Below are positions 37,394-47,816 of a stretch of 64,000 nt of DNA, piece after piece. Under the pieces are notes generated by a model. The model saw nothing but the letters and a program-made list of their open reading frames with translations. It searched no databases and had not been told where the DNA came from. The position numbers and the translations under genes were made by a program. Position 1 is the first letter of the stretch. Each line of letters opens with the position of its first letter. The stretch covers positions 3,493,017 to 3,557,016 of the forward strand of contig OZ241892.1 in NCBI GenBank assembly GCA_965203485.1. The letters run 5' to 3'. Source of the DNA: Longimicrobiales bacterium (GTDB taxonomy: Bacteria > Gemmatimonadota > Gemmatimonadetes > Longimicrobiales > Gaopeijiaceae).

Positions 37394-38641
37394 GTGGGCG
37401 ACTGCGCACCTGCGGCCCGGTCTCCCTCCGCCCCAGGGCCGCTCTCCGACTCTGCCGCTGAATCGCTCTCCGGTCTTCCCACGGAGCCGCTCTCGGGCTC
37501 TCCTGCCGAGCCCCTCCCGGACTCTCCTGCCGACTCGGCTCGGGGCGCGGCCGGCCCGCGCGACCGCTTTTCCTCATCCCCCGAGTCCCTCGCAGGTCCT
37601 CTCACCTTCGAGCCGCGCTACCGAGACTACGTTTGGGGCGGACGGAACTTGGCGCGACTGCTGGGCCGCGACCTGCCCTCGGGCATCGTGGCCGAGAGCT
37701 GGGAGATATCGGCCCATCCGGCGGCCCCCACGTCAGCGGACAGCGAACCGTTCCGGGGGCGCACGCTCCTGGAGCTGGCGGCGGAGCACGGAGAGGCGCT
37801 TGTCGGCCGAAACGCGGAGAGCGCCTTCGGGCAGGGCCGCTTTCCGTTGCTGGTCAAGCTCTTGGACGCGGCGGAGCCCCTGTCGGTGCAGGTCCACCCC
37901 GACGACGCAAGAGCGGCCCGGCGACGCGACGGCGAACTCGGCAAGACCGAGATGTGGCACGTGCTGCACGCCGTTCCCGGCGCCGAGGTCGTGCTCGGCC
38001 TCCGCGAGGGGACGGACGAGCGGGCTCTGCGCCGAGCCTGGGCCGACGGACGAATCGAGGAATGCCTGAACCGAGCGGCCGTGCACGCGGGCGACTCGAT
38101 CTTGGTCCCCGCCGGGACCGTGCACGCGATCCTGGGCGGGGCAGTTCTGCTGGAAGTGCAACAGAACTCGGACATCACCTACCGGCTGCACGACTGGGGA
38201 CGGACGGACGCCGACGGGAATCCGCGCCAGCTTCACCTTGAGGAGGCCATCGATGCCATCGACTTCGCCGCGCCGACGCCGAGGGTTCGCCCGTTGGCCG
38301 ACCGCGCGGACGCCAGCGACGGGACCGACCGCCAAGTCCTCGCGAACTGCCCGGCGTTCGTCGTCGAGCGGCTTCGGTTGCCCGGAGGCGTCGAAATCGA
38401 GAGGCGCGTGGCCCCAGGATCGTGCGAAGTCTGGGGGGTCCTGGAAGGACGCGCGTTGATCTCGCCAACCAACCCTGCGCGCGCCTTGGCTCTCCCCGCC
38501 GTCCGCTTCGCCCTGCTTCCGGCCGCCATGGGCGACTTCTCGTTGCGGACGGACGGCGGCGCCGTAGCTGTCCGAGCCTACGTGCCGCCACCGCCCCAGA
38601 AGTGCCCCGCCAGGGACTCGAACCCCGAACCTGCCGATTAA
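37394..38641 (+). CDS. manA: Type I phosphomannose isomerase (cupin)
   Basis: VWGG, AESWEISAHP, FPLLVKLLDA, LSVQVHPDD, GKTEMW, PAGTVHAI, EVQQNSDITYRLHDW; start uncertain. Confidence 0.85.
   Translation: MGDCAPAARSPSAPGPLSDSAAESLSGLPTEPLSGSPAEPLPDSPADSARGAAGPRDRFSSSPESLAGPLTFEPRYRDYVWGGRNLARLLGRDLPSGIVAESWEISAHPAAPTSADSEPFRGRTLLELAAEHGEALVGRNAESAFGQGRFPLLVKLLDAAEPLSVQVHPDDARAARRRDGELGKTEMWHVLHAVPGAEVVLGLREGTDERALRRAWADGRIEECLNRAAVHAGDSILVPAGTVHAILGGAVLLEVQQNSDITYRLHDWGRTDADGNPRQLHLEEAIDAIDFAAPTPRVRPLADRADASDGTDRQVLANCPAFVVERLRLPGGVEIERRVAPGSCEVWGVLEGRALISPTNPARALALPAVRFALLPAAMGDFSLRTDGGAVAVRAYVPPPPQKCPARDSNPEPAD
37436..37536 (+). repeat. Degenerate 24-bp tandem repeat (~4 copies) in the PMI N-terminal extension
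   Basis: GPLSDSAA-ESLSGLPT-EPLSGSPA-EPLPDSPA. Confidence 0.65.
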
Positions 38642-38675
38642 GAGTCGGATGCTCTACCAGTTGAGCTAGCAGGGC
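38603..38675 (-). tRNA. tRNA-Lys(CTT), CCA not encoded
   Basis: GCCCTGCTAGCTCAACTGGTAGAGCATCCGACTCTTAATCGGCAGGTTCGGGGTTCGAGTCCCTGGCGGGGCA folds as a cloverleaf. Confidence 0.95.
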
Positions 38676-38948
38676 TGCGCCGCGGTGTCCGGCGGACTCC
38701 CGTCGCGCGCCGCAACCAGAAAGATAACGATCTTGTGGGCACGGCGCCACTTCCGAACCCAGAAAGGTAGCCGGTGCAACCGTAGGACGGACTATGGGCG
38801 GCCCTGCTGACAATCCCGTCGCGCCTGTCCGGTGGACCGCCGCCGAGCGAGGGCGACCGTCGGCCGCCCCCGAGCCAATGCCCCGCTCCTTGCTCTCCGG
38901 CTCAGCTTGTCGTCGCTACGCTGGCATGTGCGGATGCCTGCGAGTCCA

Positions 38949-39560
38949 TCACTCAAACAGTCTTCCAAGCCATTGCGAGAACTTTCTGCAGAGTTGCCCG
39001 TCGGTACTCAAGTCGCGCTTCCCAATGGCTGCACCCATGGGACCCGGTTCCTTTCTCGTTGCAAGCCAGGCGTAGACCTCCGCTTTTCGCATCTTCTTGG
39101 CAGTGAACCGCCGACGCTCTTTCGGGATGCCCTGGATGTACTGTCGTGCCAAAGGCCAAACAGCGTCGTCCTCGGGGATCATCTGCGCTACGAAGTCTTC
39201 GAGTTCGCCTGTTGACGTGTTGTCCGGCATCAACCAAACTCCGACGCGGGGCTTGTTGCCGACAACGGTTCCGGACGGTCGTGGCTTCTCGGGCAAATCT
39301 ATCGAAATGCTTCCGAGCCGGTTTCTGATTGAGTTCCACCGGCCGTCCAGGTCGTCGTTGGCATCCACAAGAAAACCAACAGCAGACCGTTCGGGTGCCT
39401 TGATCTCTCCGGTCATTGATTTGGTCACCTCAACAATACCGTCCTTGACCTTAACTTCGAATGGAGTGGCCAGGTCATGCCTTTGGCAAACGTGGCCTAC
39501 AACATGCTTGTCGTCTTCACCTTCGACGATAAGAACTCGAGACGCTGTTCTTGTGGGCAT
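38949..39560 (-). CDS. DUF3226-like (TOPRIM-type) protein
   Basis: LIVEGEDD, GFLVDAND, VGVWLMPDN..GELEDF, KAEVYAWLA. Confidence 0.75.
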   Translation of the reverse strand: MPTRTASRVLIVEGEDDKHVVGHVCQRHDLATPFEVKVKDGIVEVTKSMTGEIKAPERSAVGFLVDANDDLDGRWNSIRNRLGSISIDLPEKPRPSGTVVGNKPRVGVWLMPDNTSTGELEDFVAQMIPEDDAVWPLARQYIQGIPKERRRFTAKKMRKAEVYAWLATRKEPGPMGAAIGKRDLSTDGQLCRKFSQWLGRLFE

Positions 39561-39570
39561 TCTCACGTGC

Positions 39571-40710
39571 CTACCTGACTTCAATGCCTTGCTTGGCAGC
39601 CACTTCCAGTTCTTCCTCGACATAACTGACAGACGTCGTGTCGTCGTTATGACGCTCAATACGAACGAGTATCCCGTCGCTGTTCGATTCGACGGCGGCC
39701 TTGGCAAAGCCACGCACACAAGAAAAACTGTGCGTCGTAGCAAGCACCTGCACGTCGTTCTCTTCGGCGGCTTGCAACACCATACGCCAAAAATCGTAGT
39801 GCACCGAATGATGAAGACCGTTTTCGACTTCGTCAATAAGCAGAAAACCATGTCTGCTGTTGGATAACGACAACGACACGCCCAAGAGACGTGTCGCTCC
39901 GTCTCCGAGGCTCTTCAACGGAACTGGGTCGCGATGGCCCCGAAGCTTCACCACGAAACGCTGGCCCACAGAACGTCTGCCGTTGCCCACGGCGCGCAAC
40001 GCTACGCGCTCCATGGCCTTGCCCGCTACCAATCGAAGCGCATCAACAGCCCGAGTCTCGTCGTCGGTAAGCACAACGCTGTCCCAGAGGTCCGCCAACA
40101 CATGATTGGGTGTCACGCCTGGACCGAACAATCGGCATTCCAGTGCTTGGGGCAGATCGTCCTCGTCGTTCGCTCGCCGATATCTCCGATACATGCGGTA
40201 GCGATCGATGTCGATGCCTTGTGTCAACAAAGGCCACGGAACCTCCCTCTTGCCGCCACCATATCTTGCTTGAAGCATCAAGGATTCCGATGGTTCTTGA
40301 GGAAACGATTTGCCAAACAAGTCAACGTGCTCTTCCCTGAGAGGCACCAGCTCGACGGCCAAGACATCGTCGTCGCGACCGTCTGCTGGGCCGATTGCGA
40401 TCTTGGAGCCCAAAGATGCTTCTCGGCCAAAAAAAAGGGCCGGCAAATCGGGAACCGGCACCTTGTCTGCATCGTCGTCTACTACCGTCGATAGTTCCTC
40501 CCTTCCACGCAACAGCGTCGACAGAACCGCTTCGCGACCTCGAGCCGCGAAGGCATGGACCGCTTCCAGGACGGTCGTTTTTCCCGAGGAGTTTCTGCCT
40601 GCCAGCAATGTGACCCGGCCAAGGCGTGGAATGCACATGTCGTTGATTCCCCGAAAGCCCTTGACGGACAAGCTGGCGAGGTGCAACTGGTTTGTCTCGG
40701 CTCTAGCCAT
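39571..40710 (-). CDS. ABC/AAA_15/21-type ATPase
   Basis: GRNSSGKT, LGDG, LIDEVENGLH, ATTHS. Confidence 0.85.
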   Translation of the reverse strand: MARAETNQLHLASLSVKGFRGINDMCIPRLGRVTLLAGRNSSGKTTVLEAVHAFAARGREAVLSTLLRGREELSTVVDDDADKVPVPDLPALFFGREASLGSKIAIGPADGRDDDVLAVELVPLREEHVDLFGKSFPQEPSESLMLQARYGGGKREVPWPLLTQGIDIDRYRMYRRYRRANDEDDLPQALECRLFGPGVTPNHVLADLWDSVVLTDDETRAVDALRLVAGKAMERVALRAVGNGRRSVGQRFVVKLRGHRDPVPLKSLGDGATRLLGVSLSLSNSRHGFLLIDEVENGLHHSVHYDFWRMVLQAAEENDVQVLATTHSFSCVRGFAKAAVESNSDGILVRIERHNDDTTSVSYVEEELEVAAKQGIEVR

Positions 40711-40972
40711 GGTGTCCCGCCGGAGTCTTGTGGGTGCCGGACGCCTATCGTCAGAGGTTGAGTCTATCGCAGGCACCTTCACCGGTCAACCAAGTCGGCA
40801 AAGACGCGCAGCTGTAGTCCGCCTCGGCCTTGCCCTGCGCGAGTTGCTCCCCCATCGAGCCCTCATCGTCTCCGCGATCACGTAGCTCTTGGAGGGTGCG
40901 CTCCCGTACGCGGCTCCCCGACCACAGCGGCGCCGACGCCGACGCCGACGCCACAGCGAGGCCGAAATCCCC

Positions 40973-41563
40973 CTACCGCCCTCGCCGCCCGCCCCATCGA
41001 CTCGGTCGGCGGTCGAACTCCCATCCGCGGCCGTCGCGCCCGCCGCGCCAGCCCCGCCGCGTCTCGCGGGCTGCTTCGCGTTGCCGCAACGCCGTGCGCA
41101 CCCTCATGCGGCGGAATCGTTGCTGTTGCTCGTCCGTGAGGACCGCTTCGATCCGTTGCCGTTGTTCCTGGCGCAGGGCCGCCGCCTCTTCGCGGCGTTC
41201 GCGGACGATTTCGCGCAACCCCGATCGGTCTCGGAGGCCCGCCCTCGTCTCGGATGCGAGCTTCATCCATTCGGCGGCGCTGGCCGCCTGCCGCTCCACG
41301 GCCTCGGCGCGCATCGCGTTCAGCTGCTCCGTCTGCTCCTCCGACAGGCCGAGCTCCTCGCTCACCCGGAGAATTCGTTCCATGGTCGAAGCCGCAGTCC
41401 ACCGCCCGGAGGCGGCTGTCCGCTCGACGACGTCCCGAACGGCCTGCCCTGCCTGCCCGCGAGGCTGCGCGGCCGCTTCCCGGCCCGCGAGTCCCAGCCC
41501 GGCCGCCAACATCGCGGCGAAGAGCGCGCCCGCTTGAAGCGAGCTTCCTCGTATCGTAATCAT
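40973..41563 (-). CDS. Spy/CpxP-like periplasmic helical protein
   Basis: Signal peptide, ELGLSEEQ and VLTDEQ (LTxxQ-type) motifs. Confidence 0.6.
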   Translation of the reverse strand: MITIRGSSLQAGALFAAMLAAGLGLAGREAAAQPRGQAGQAVRDVVERTAASGRWTAASTMERILRVSEELGLSEEQTEQLNAMRAEAVERQAASAAEWMKLASETRAGLRDRSGLREIVRERREEAAALRQEQRQRIEAVLTDEQQQRFRRMRVRTALRQREAARETRRGWRGGRDGRGWEFDRRPSRWGGRRGR

Positions 41564-41684
41564 TCCAGTCTCCCCTTGTGCCTTGAAAGGATTGGATCGC
41601 GCGGGCCAAGAGCGCACCGTGCGCCCGCGCCCGTAGTTCAAGGGACAGACGAGAAGGCCATTTTGTTGACGGAGGCGAAGGATC

Positions 41685-43076
41685 GTGTTCTTCAAGCAAG
41701 TCGTGGACGGCGTGCTGGCCCAGCGTGCCTATCTCGTGGGATGCGAGGAGACGGGCGAAGCCTTGGTCGTCGATCCCGAGCGGGACGTGGATCGCTACCT
41801 GGACATCGCGCGCCATGCGGGTCTTCGGATCGTGGCGGCGGCGGAGACCCACATCCACGCCGACTTCCTGTCGGGGTGCCGCGAGCTCGTGGAACGCCAC
41901 GGGTGCACGGGCTATCTGTCGGCGGAGGGAGGCGAGGACTGGCAGTACGAATGGGCGCGCGGACGCTCGGACGTGACTCTGCTCCGGCACGGCGACACGT
42001 TCTCCGTGGGCCGGGTGCGCGTGCGCGCGATTCACACGCCGGGCCACACGCCCGAGCATGTCAGCTTCGGGATCGCGGGCGGCGACGCGGACGAGGCGGA
42101 CATGCTGTCGGGCGACTTCGTCTTCGTCGGCGATCTGGGGCGGCCGGACCTGCTCGAGTCCGCCGCCGGCGAGGCGGGCGCGATGGAGCCCTCGGCGCGG
42201 CGCCTCTACGGGTCGGTCCAAGGGCTCCTGGAGATGCCGGAGGACCTGCGCATCTGGCCGGGTCACGGCGCAGGCAGCGCGTGCGGCAAGGCGCTGGGTT
42301 CGGCGCCGTCCACGACGGTGGCCGCCGAGCGGTCCGGCAACGCCGCCCTGGCCGCCGCCCGTAACGGCCGGGACGCCTTCGTCGCGTTCATCTTGGACGG
42401 CCAGCCGGAGCCGCCCGCATACTTCGGACGGATGAAGCGGCAGAACCGCGCCGGCCCCGCCGTTCTCGGCGAACTGCCTCGTCCGCGCCGCCTCGGCCCT
42501 TCCGGCTTGGCGGCGGTCGCAACAACCCGAAGCCCCGTCGTGCTTGACATGCGCGCGGACCGGCGCGCCTTCTACGCGGATCACCTTCCCGACTCGCTCT
42601 GTGCGCCGCTCAACCCGTCGTTCGCGACTGTCGCCGGCTCCTACGTGGACCCCGGCCAGGAGATCGCCCTGGTCTGTCGGCCCGGCGACCTGGACGGCGC
42701 CGTCCGCGCTCTGGTGCGCATCGGCCTCGACCAGGTGGTTGCCTGGTGCACCCCCGACGACCTGCAGGAATACGCCGGCGAGGGCGGCGCCATGGCCAGC
42801 ATCGAAGCGATCGCGTTCGACGAGTTGTTGCGGCGCAGCCGCGATCCCGGCACGCAGGTCGTGGACGTCCGGGGCGCGGCGGAGCACGCAGGCGGCAGCA
42901 TCGCGGGCGCCTGCAACATCGCCCACACCCGGCTGGCCCCAAGGCTCGGCGAACTGCCCAAGGACAAGGAGCTCGTCGTCCACTGCATGAGCGGTGCGCG
43001 CGCGTCCTCGGCGGCTTCGTTTCTGGCCCGCTCCGGCTTTAGCGTCACGGCCGTCAACGACTTGCTGCGGCTTTGA
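41685..43076 (+). CDS. MBL-fold hydrolase with rhodanese domains (persulfide dioxygenase-like)
   Basis: THIHADF, TPGHTPEH, GDFVFVGDLGRPD, HGAGSACG, VHCMSGARAS. Confidence 0.9.
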   Translation: MFFKQVVDGVLAQRAYLVGCEETGEALVVDPERDVDRYLDIARHAGLRIVAAAETHIHADFLSGCRELVERHGCTGYLSAEGGEDWQYEWARGRSDVTLLRHGDTFSVGRVRVRAIHTPGHTPEHVSFGIAGGDADEADMLSGDFVFVGDLGRPDLLESAAGEAGAMEPSARRLYGSVQGLLEMPEDLRIWPGHGAGSACGKALGSAPSTTVAAERSGNAALAAARNGRDAFVAFILDGQPEPPAYFGRMKRQNRAGPAVLGELPRPRRLGPSGLAAVATTRSPVVLDMRADRRAFYADHLPDSLCAPLNPSFATVAGSYVDPGQEIALVCRPGDLDGAVRALVRIGLDQVVAWCTPDDLQEYAGEGGAMASIEAIAFDELLRRSRDPGTQVVDVRGAAEHAGGSIAGACNIAHTRLAPRLGELPKDKELVVHCMSGARASSAASFLARSGFSVTAVNDLLRL

Positions 43077-43948
43077 CCGGCGTGCTGGCGGCGCCGGCCC
43101 TGCTACTGGCGGCCGGACCGGCGGCAGTTGCCGCGACGGCCGCTCTGCCGTTGCCGTCGTCGGCAGCCCAGCAGCCTGCACGGCCTTGGCGGGCGTCCGC
43201 GGAGATGAGCTTCGTCCAGACCGGGGGGAACGCCGAGTCGTCCACGATCGGGATCGCGGGCTCGTTCAGTCGCTCGTGGACGCGGACCGAACTCCGGGTC
43301 GAGGCCGGGAGCATCCGCACCCGCACCACCCACCGCACCCGCGCCGCCGTCGGCTCCGCGGACGACTATCGAATCGAGACTGCCACGGACACGCGCGTTT
43401 CCGCCGAGAACTATCAGGCCCGGCTGACCGTGGATCGTTCCGTCTCGGACGGCACCGCCCTCTTCTTTCGATCGGAATGGGTCCGCAACACGTTCTCGGG
43501 CATCGACGGCCGCATCGTCAACGGCGGCGGCGTCTCCAACCGCTGGGTGGACGACGAGCGCCAGCGGTTCAACACGAGGTACGCGCTGACCCACACGACC
43601 CAATACGACGTGGTCGCCGCCACGGGAGGCCCGGACCGCTTCTTCGGCCTTCAGGTCTCCGCGGAATACCGCCGCCAGGTCGGCAAGGCCGAGTGGACGA
43701 GCACGCTCGTCGTCGACGAGAACGGCAAGGAGCTTGCGGACCTCCGAGCCGACTGGACCAACTCGGCGACGGTCGCCCTGAGCGGACGGCTGGCGTTGAA
43801 GACGACCCTCCGCCTCGTGTTCGACAACGAACCGTCGTTGCTGGAAATTCCGCTTCGCTCGGCGGCAGGCGAGGGCCTGGGCACAGTCCGCGTATCGAGG
43901 GAGCGCCTGGACCGCGTGACGACGATCGCGGTCGTGGTGACGCTTTGA
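43073..43948 (+). CDS. DUF481-like outer-membrane beta-barrel protein
   Basis: Signal peptide, SFVQTGGN, amphipathic strands; TTGA overlap. Confidence 0.65.
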   Translation: MTGVLAAPALLLAAGPAAVAATAALPLPSSAAQQPARPWRASAEMSFVQTGGNAESSTIGIAGSFSRSWTRTELRVEAGSIRTRTTHRTRAAVGSADDYRIETATDTRVSAENYQARLTVDRSVSDGTALFFRSEWVRNTFSGIDGRIVNGGGVSNRWVDDERQRFNTRYALTHTTQYDVVAATGGPDRFFGLQVSAEYRRQVGKAEWTSTLVVDENGKELADLRADWTNSATVALSGRLALKTTLRLVFDNEPSLLEIPLRSAAGEGLGTVRVSRERLDRVTTIAVVVTL

Positions 43949-44010
43949 GAGCCGTCTCGCCGACTAGGGCTTCCCGTCCAACAGACGAAAGTGCGACCGC
44001 GGAGCCGTCG

Positions 44011-44643
44011 TCAAGAATCGGCTCCCTGCACGCGATGCACCCCCGCCGCCCCCATCGCCCCCGCCACCGGCCCCACCCAATACAGCCACAGATCGCCCAG
44101 CGAACCCCCGCCGCCCAGAGCCACCAGTATCGGCCCCGTGCCCACCGCCGGATTGAAGGCGCCCCCCGAGATGCCGCCCACCGCAAAGGCGCCCGTCATC
44201 ACCGTCGAGCCGATGGCCAGCCCATAGAACGAGTTGCCCTTGGTGCGCGCATCCGTCGCCACGTTGAGCACCACCAGCACGAGCGCGAACGCGAACAGCG
44301 CCTCGGCCAGCAACGCCAAGCCCGTCGGCACGCCCGCGCCCGGCGCGACCACGAGGTAGTCGCCGGCCAACGCCCGCACGGCGAAGGCCGCCGCCGCCGC
44401 TCCCGCCACCTGCGCCGCCACGTACGGCGGCAACTCCCTGCGGTCGAGCTTCCCGGCCAGCGCCAGCCCCGCGCTCACGGCGGGATTGTAGTGGGCGCCG
44501 GACACGTGGCCGCCCATGTAGACCATCACCGTCAACGCCGCGCCGATGGCCAGCGGGGCGAGCGGAACCTCCTGGACGACCGTGAGCCCGATCGTCAGAA
44601 CGAGAAAGAACGCGCCGACGAACTCGGTGACGTACTTGGCCAC
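44011..44643 (-). CDS. MIP / aquaporin family channel
   Basis: SGAHYNPAV and GGAFNPAV (two NPA motifs). Confidence 0.92.
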   Translation of the reverse strand: MAKYVTEFVGAFFLVLTIGLTVVQEVPLAPLAIGAALTVMVYMGGHVSGAHYNPAVSAGLALAGKLDRRELPPYVAAQVAGAAAAAFAVRALAGDYLVVAPGAGVPTGLALLAEALFAFALVLVVLNVATDARTKGNSFYGLAIGSTVMTGAFAVGGISGGAFNPAVGTGPILVALGGGGSLGDLWLYWVGPVAGAMGAAGVHRVQGADS

Positions 44644-44703
44644 GGCGCGCCCGCAGTCAGGCGACTCGGCCGACGCTCGCGCCGCGTGGCCGCGGCAAGG
44701 AGC

Positions 44704-45393
44704 TCAATTGCCTTCCCGCGGCAGGCTCTTCGGTCCGGCGGGGCCTCTGGAGGCGCGGAGGCTGAAGTCCTCGCCCTTCACGTAGGGCTCGCCGAAGCGG
44801 AGCAGGGAGACGACCGGCGAGGCGCCGGGCAGGATCGTGACCACGTAGAGCCGGTCGTACTCCATCTCGTGGATGGGGCTGGAAGGATCGCCGCCGAGGG
44901 CGGAGACGAGCGCGGGAGTCGTGTTGCTGTGGCCCACCACGAGGTGGCGGCCGGGAGTGCCGCGAATGGTCTGCGCCAGGCTGTCCAGCGCACCGGGGTC
45001 GTAGACGAAGGTTTCCAAGCCGGCGGTCTCGGCGATGGGCCCGGCCGTGTCTCGGGTGCGCCGCCAGTCCGTGGTGTGGACATGGGTCACGCCGGCGTCG
45101 GCCAGCAGGCCCTGGAGGATGCGGACCCGGATTTGGCCGGCGAGCGCCAGAGGCGGGTCGTCGGTGCCGTTGTCGGCCTTCTCGGCGTGCCGGACGGCGT
45201 AGACCACGACCGGTCCGCTCGGCGCGGGCGGTTCGGTGGAGGCGGATTGGGCCGTTCGGGCGGTTTGGGGGGAAAAGGCGGCGGCGGGTTCCGGAACCAG
45301 GGCCAGCACGACGGCCGGGACCAGGAACGAAAGCGCCGTGGCGCGGGAGGATGGCGAGGAAGGCGATCGGAGGGCGGCAGTCATGCGGGCCAT
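44704..45393 (-). CDS. Histidine phosphatase family protein, secreted
   Basis: VRHAEK, RTRDT, VVGHSNT; start near 45393 or 45384. Confidence 0.8.
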   Translation of the reverse strand: MARMTAALRSPSSPSSRATALSFLVPAVVLALVPEPAAAFSPQTARTAQSASTEPPAPSGPVVVYAVRHAEKADNGTDDPPLALAGQIRVRILQGLLADAGVTHVHTTDWRRTRDTAGPIAETAGLETFVYDPGALDSLAQTIRGTPGRHLVVGHSNTTPALVSALGGDPSSPIHEMEYDRLYVVTILPGASPVVSLLRFGEPYVKGEDFSLRASRGPAGPKSLPREGN

Positions 45394-45521
45394 CGGGTCG
45401 GGGGCTGGGGGCTGGCGCTGGGCAAGGCGGGCTTGGACGATAAAACATTTGTTTGCCGATGGCAAGCCGGGAGCGGTCGGGGCTTGAGGAGCGCGGCTCC
45501 CTTCGTTATCTGTCGATTGCC

Positions 45522-45913
<392 letters not shown>

Positions 45914-46019
45914 GGCGCTCCGCCCCCGCTCCGCCCTTGCTCCGCTTCGCCCCGCCGACTCCCTCGACGGCAACGGACTTGACCGTGAACGCCCCGGCGC
46001 GGAGATTCCACGAGCTGTC

Positions 46020-46093
<74 letters not shown>

Positions 46094-46153
46094 CTCGGGC
46101 GTGCCCGGATCGCTCCCGGGCCAACCCCGGGCGGCGGGCTCCGGTGCGTCCCC

Positions 46154-46897
46154 TCAATCGACGGACGGAACCTTGGGCGAGTCCCGAAGCTGGACCGGCC
46201 GCCCGCGCGCCCGCAGGTTGAGCGCCTCCACGAACACCGAGAAGGCCATCGCGAAGTAGATGTAGCCCTTCGGGATGTGTTGCCCCAAGCCCTCGGCGAC
46301 CAGCGTCATGCCGAGGAGCAGCAGAAAGCTCAGGGCTAGCATCTTGACCGTGGGACGCCGGTTCACGAAGGCGGAGACGGCGTTGGCCGCCAGCATCATC
46401 ACGACGACGGCCAGCACGATCGCGATGATCATCACGGCCAAGTGGTCCGCCAGCCCTACGGCCGTGATCACCGAGTCCAGCGAGAACACGACGTCCATGA
46501 TCGCGATCTGCACCAGCACCGCCCCGTAGCCGGCTGCGCGGGCGGCGCCCTTCTTCTCGTCGTCTCCCTCGAGCCGGTGGTGAATCTCCCGCGTCGCCTT
46601 CGTGAGCAGGAAGACGCCTCCGCCGGCCAGGATGAGGTCGCGGCCCGAGAAGGCGTGGCCGAGCAGCGTCAAGAGGGGTTCCGTCAGCCCCATGATGGCC
46701 GAGATGACCCCGAGCAGCCCGATCCGGGTGCCCATCGCCAGCAACAGGCCGACCTGCCTCGCGCTGGCTTGGCGCCGCCGCGGCAACTTGTCGGCCAGGA
46801 TCGAGATGAAGATGATGTTGTCGATGCCGAGGACGATCTCGAGGATCGTCAGGGTCGCCAACGCGATCCAGGCTTCGGGGCTCGACATCCATTCCAT
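46154..46897 (-). CDS. TerC family membrane protein
   Basis: LEIVLGIDN, DVVFSLDSVITAVG, IPKGYIYFAMAFS. Confidence 0.92.
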   Translation of the reverse strand: MEWMSSPEAWIALATLTILEIVLGIDNIIFISILADKLPRRRQASARQVGLLLAMGTRIGLLGVISAIMGLTEPLLTLLGHAFSGRDLILAGGGVFLLTKATREIHHRLEGDDEKKGAARAAGYGAVLVQIAIMDVVFSLDSVITAVGLADHLAVMIIAIVLAVVVMMLAANAVSAFVNRRPTVKMLALSFLLLLGMTLVAEGLGQHIPKGYIYFAMAFSVFVEALNLRARGRPVQLRDSPKVPSVD

Positions 46898-47087
46898 GGG
46901 ACGGCGCTCGGTCGGACGGCGAGGGAGAGTCGGGCGGGCGGGCGAGAAAGTGGGGGGTGCCGGGTCGGCGGCAGGGTGTAAGTTATCACCTGAGCCGGAC
47001 AGCCGTTCTCCCGGCCGAGAACCGAGTCTTCGCCGAGCGAGAGCGGGCGCGCGCGACCTTTGAGCGGCCGCAGAACGCAAGGAGGCA

Positions 47088-47816
47088 GTGGCAATGCGAA
47101 CCCGCAGAGGACTCTCGGCCCCCTTGGGGCAGGCAAGCCGCCGTCACGGCCACGACGAGGCGGTGGCAATGCGAACCCGCAGTGGCTTCTCGTCCTTCCT
47201 CGCCCGCCGGACGGCGTCGGGACGCGGTCCAGTCGGCCGCGCCTTCCGGCCGCGGCCGATTCTGCTCGCCGCCGTGCTGGCGGGCGGCGCGTCGCCTGTC
47301 CCGCTCGCCGGGCAGCCCGGAGCGAGCGCTCGGGACGCGTATCTGCGGGCCGTCTCCGAGCACTTCGGGGCGCCGGAGCGCGAGGTCTCGGTCCTCGCCC
47401 AATGGGGCCTTTCGGCAGGGGAGATCCCGGTGGTCCTTCACTTGGCGGACCGGGCCGGCGTGTCGCCGGACGTGGTCGTGGCCCAAAGGCGGCGGGGCGG
47501 CGAATGGATGGACATCGCGCGCGGCCTGTCGGTGCACGCGGGCGACTTCCACGTGCGCATCGACGGTCCCGCGGGCTTCCTCTCGGCGGCCTACGAGCGC
47601 TTCGGCGGAGTGGCGGCCTCCGATTGGAGCGGCGTGGGCCTGACGGACGCGGAGGTGGTGGGTTTGGTGAACGTGCGCTTCATGTCGCGGTCGCTGGGGG
47701 TGTCGGCGGGCGAGGTGGCGCGCCGGTTGGGCGACGGGGGCGACATGGTTGCGGGGTTCGCTCGCCTGCGGGGAGGGGACGGGACGGCGGGTGCTTCGAA
47801 CGCGTCGCCGAGTTGA
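47088..47816 (+). CDS. Hypothetical exported protein
   Basis: Hydrophobic signal-like stretch [10 protein letters not shown] then a globular region; true start may be in the second 75-bp repeat (47163/47169). Confidence 0.6.
   Translation: MAMRTRRGLSAPLGQASRRHGHDEAVAMRTRSGFSSFLARRTASGRGPVGRAFRPRPILLAAVLAGGASPVPLAGQPGASARDAYLRAVSEHFGAPEREVSVLAQWGLSAGEIPVVLHLADRAGVSPDVVVAQRRRGGEWMDIARGLSVHAGDFHVRIDGPAGFLSAAYERFGGVAASDWSGVGLTDAEVVGLVNVRFMSRSLGVSAGEVARRLGDGGDMVAGFARLRGGDGTAGASNASPS

Noticed and set aside
40428..40436. A9 tract (T9 on the coding strand) in the ATPase gene as a phase-variation site
   Set aside because: Short, mid-gene, encodes ordinary Phe-Phe; weak evidence
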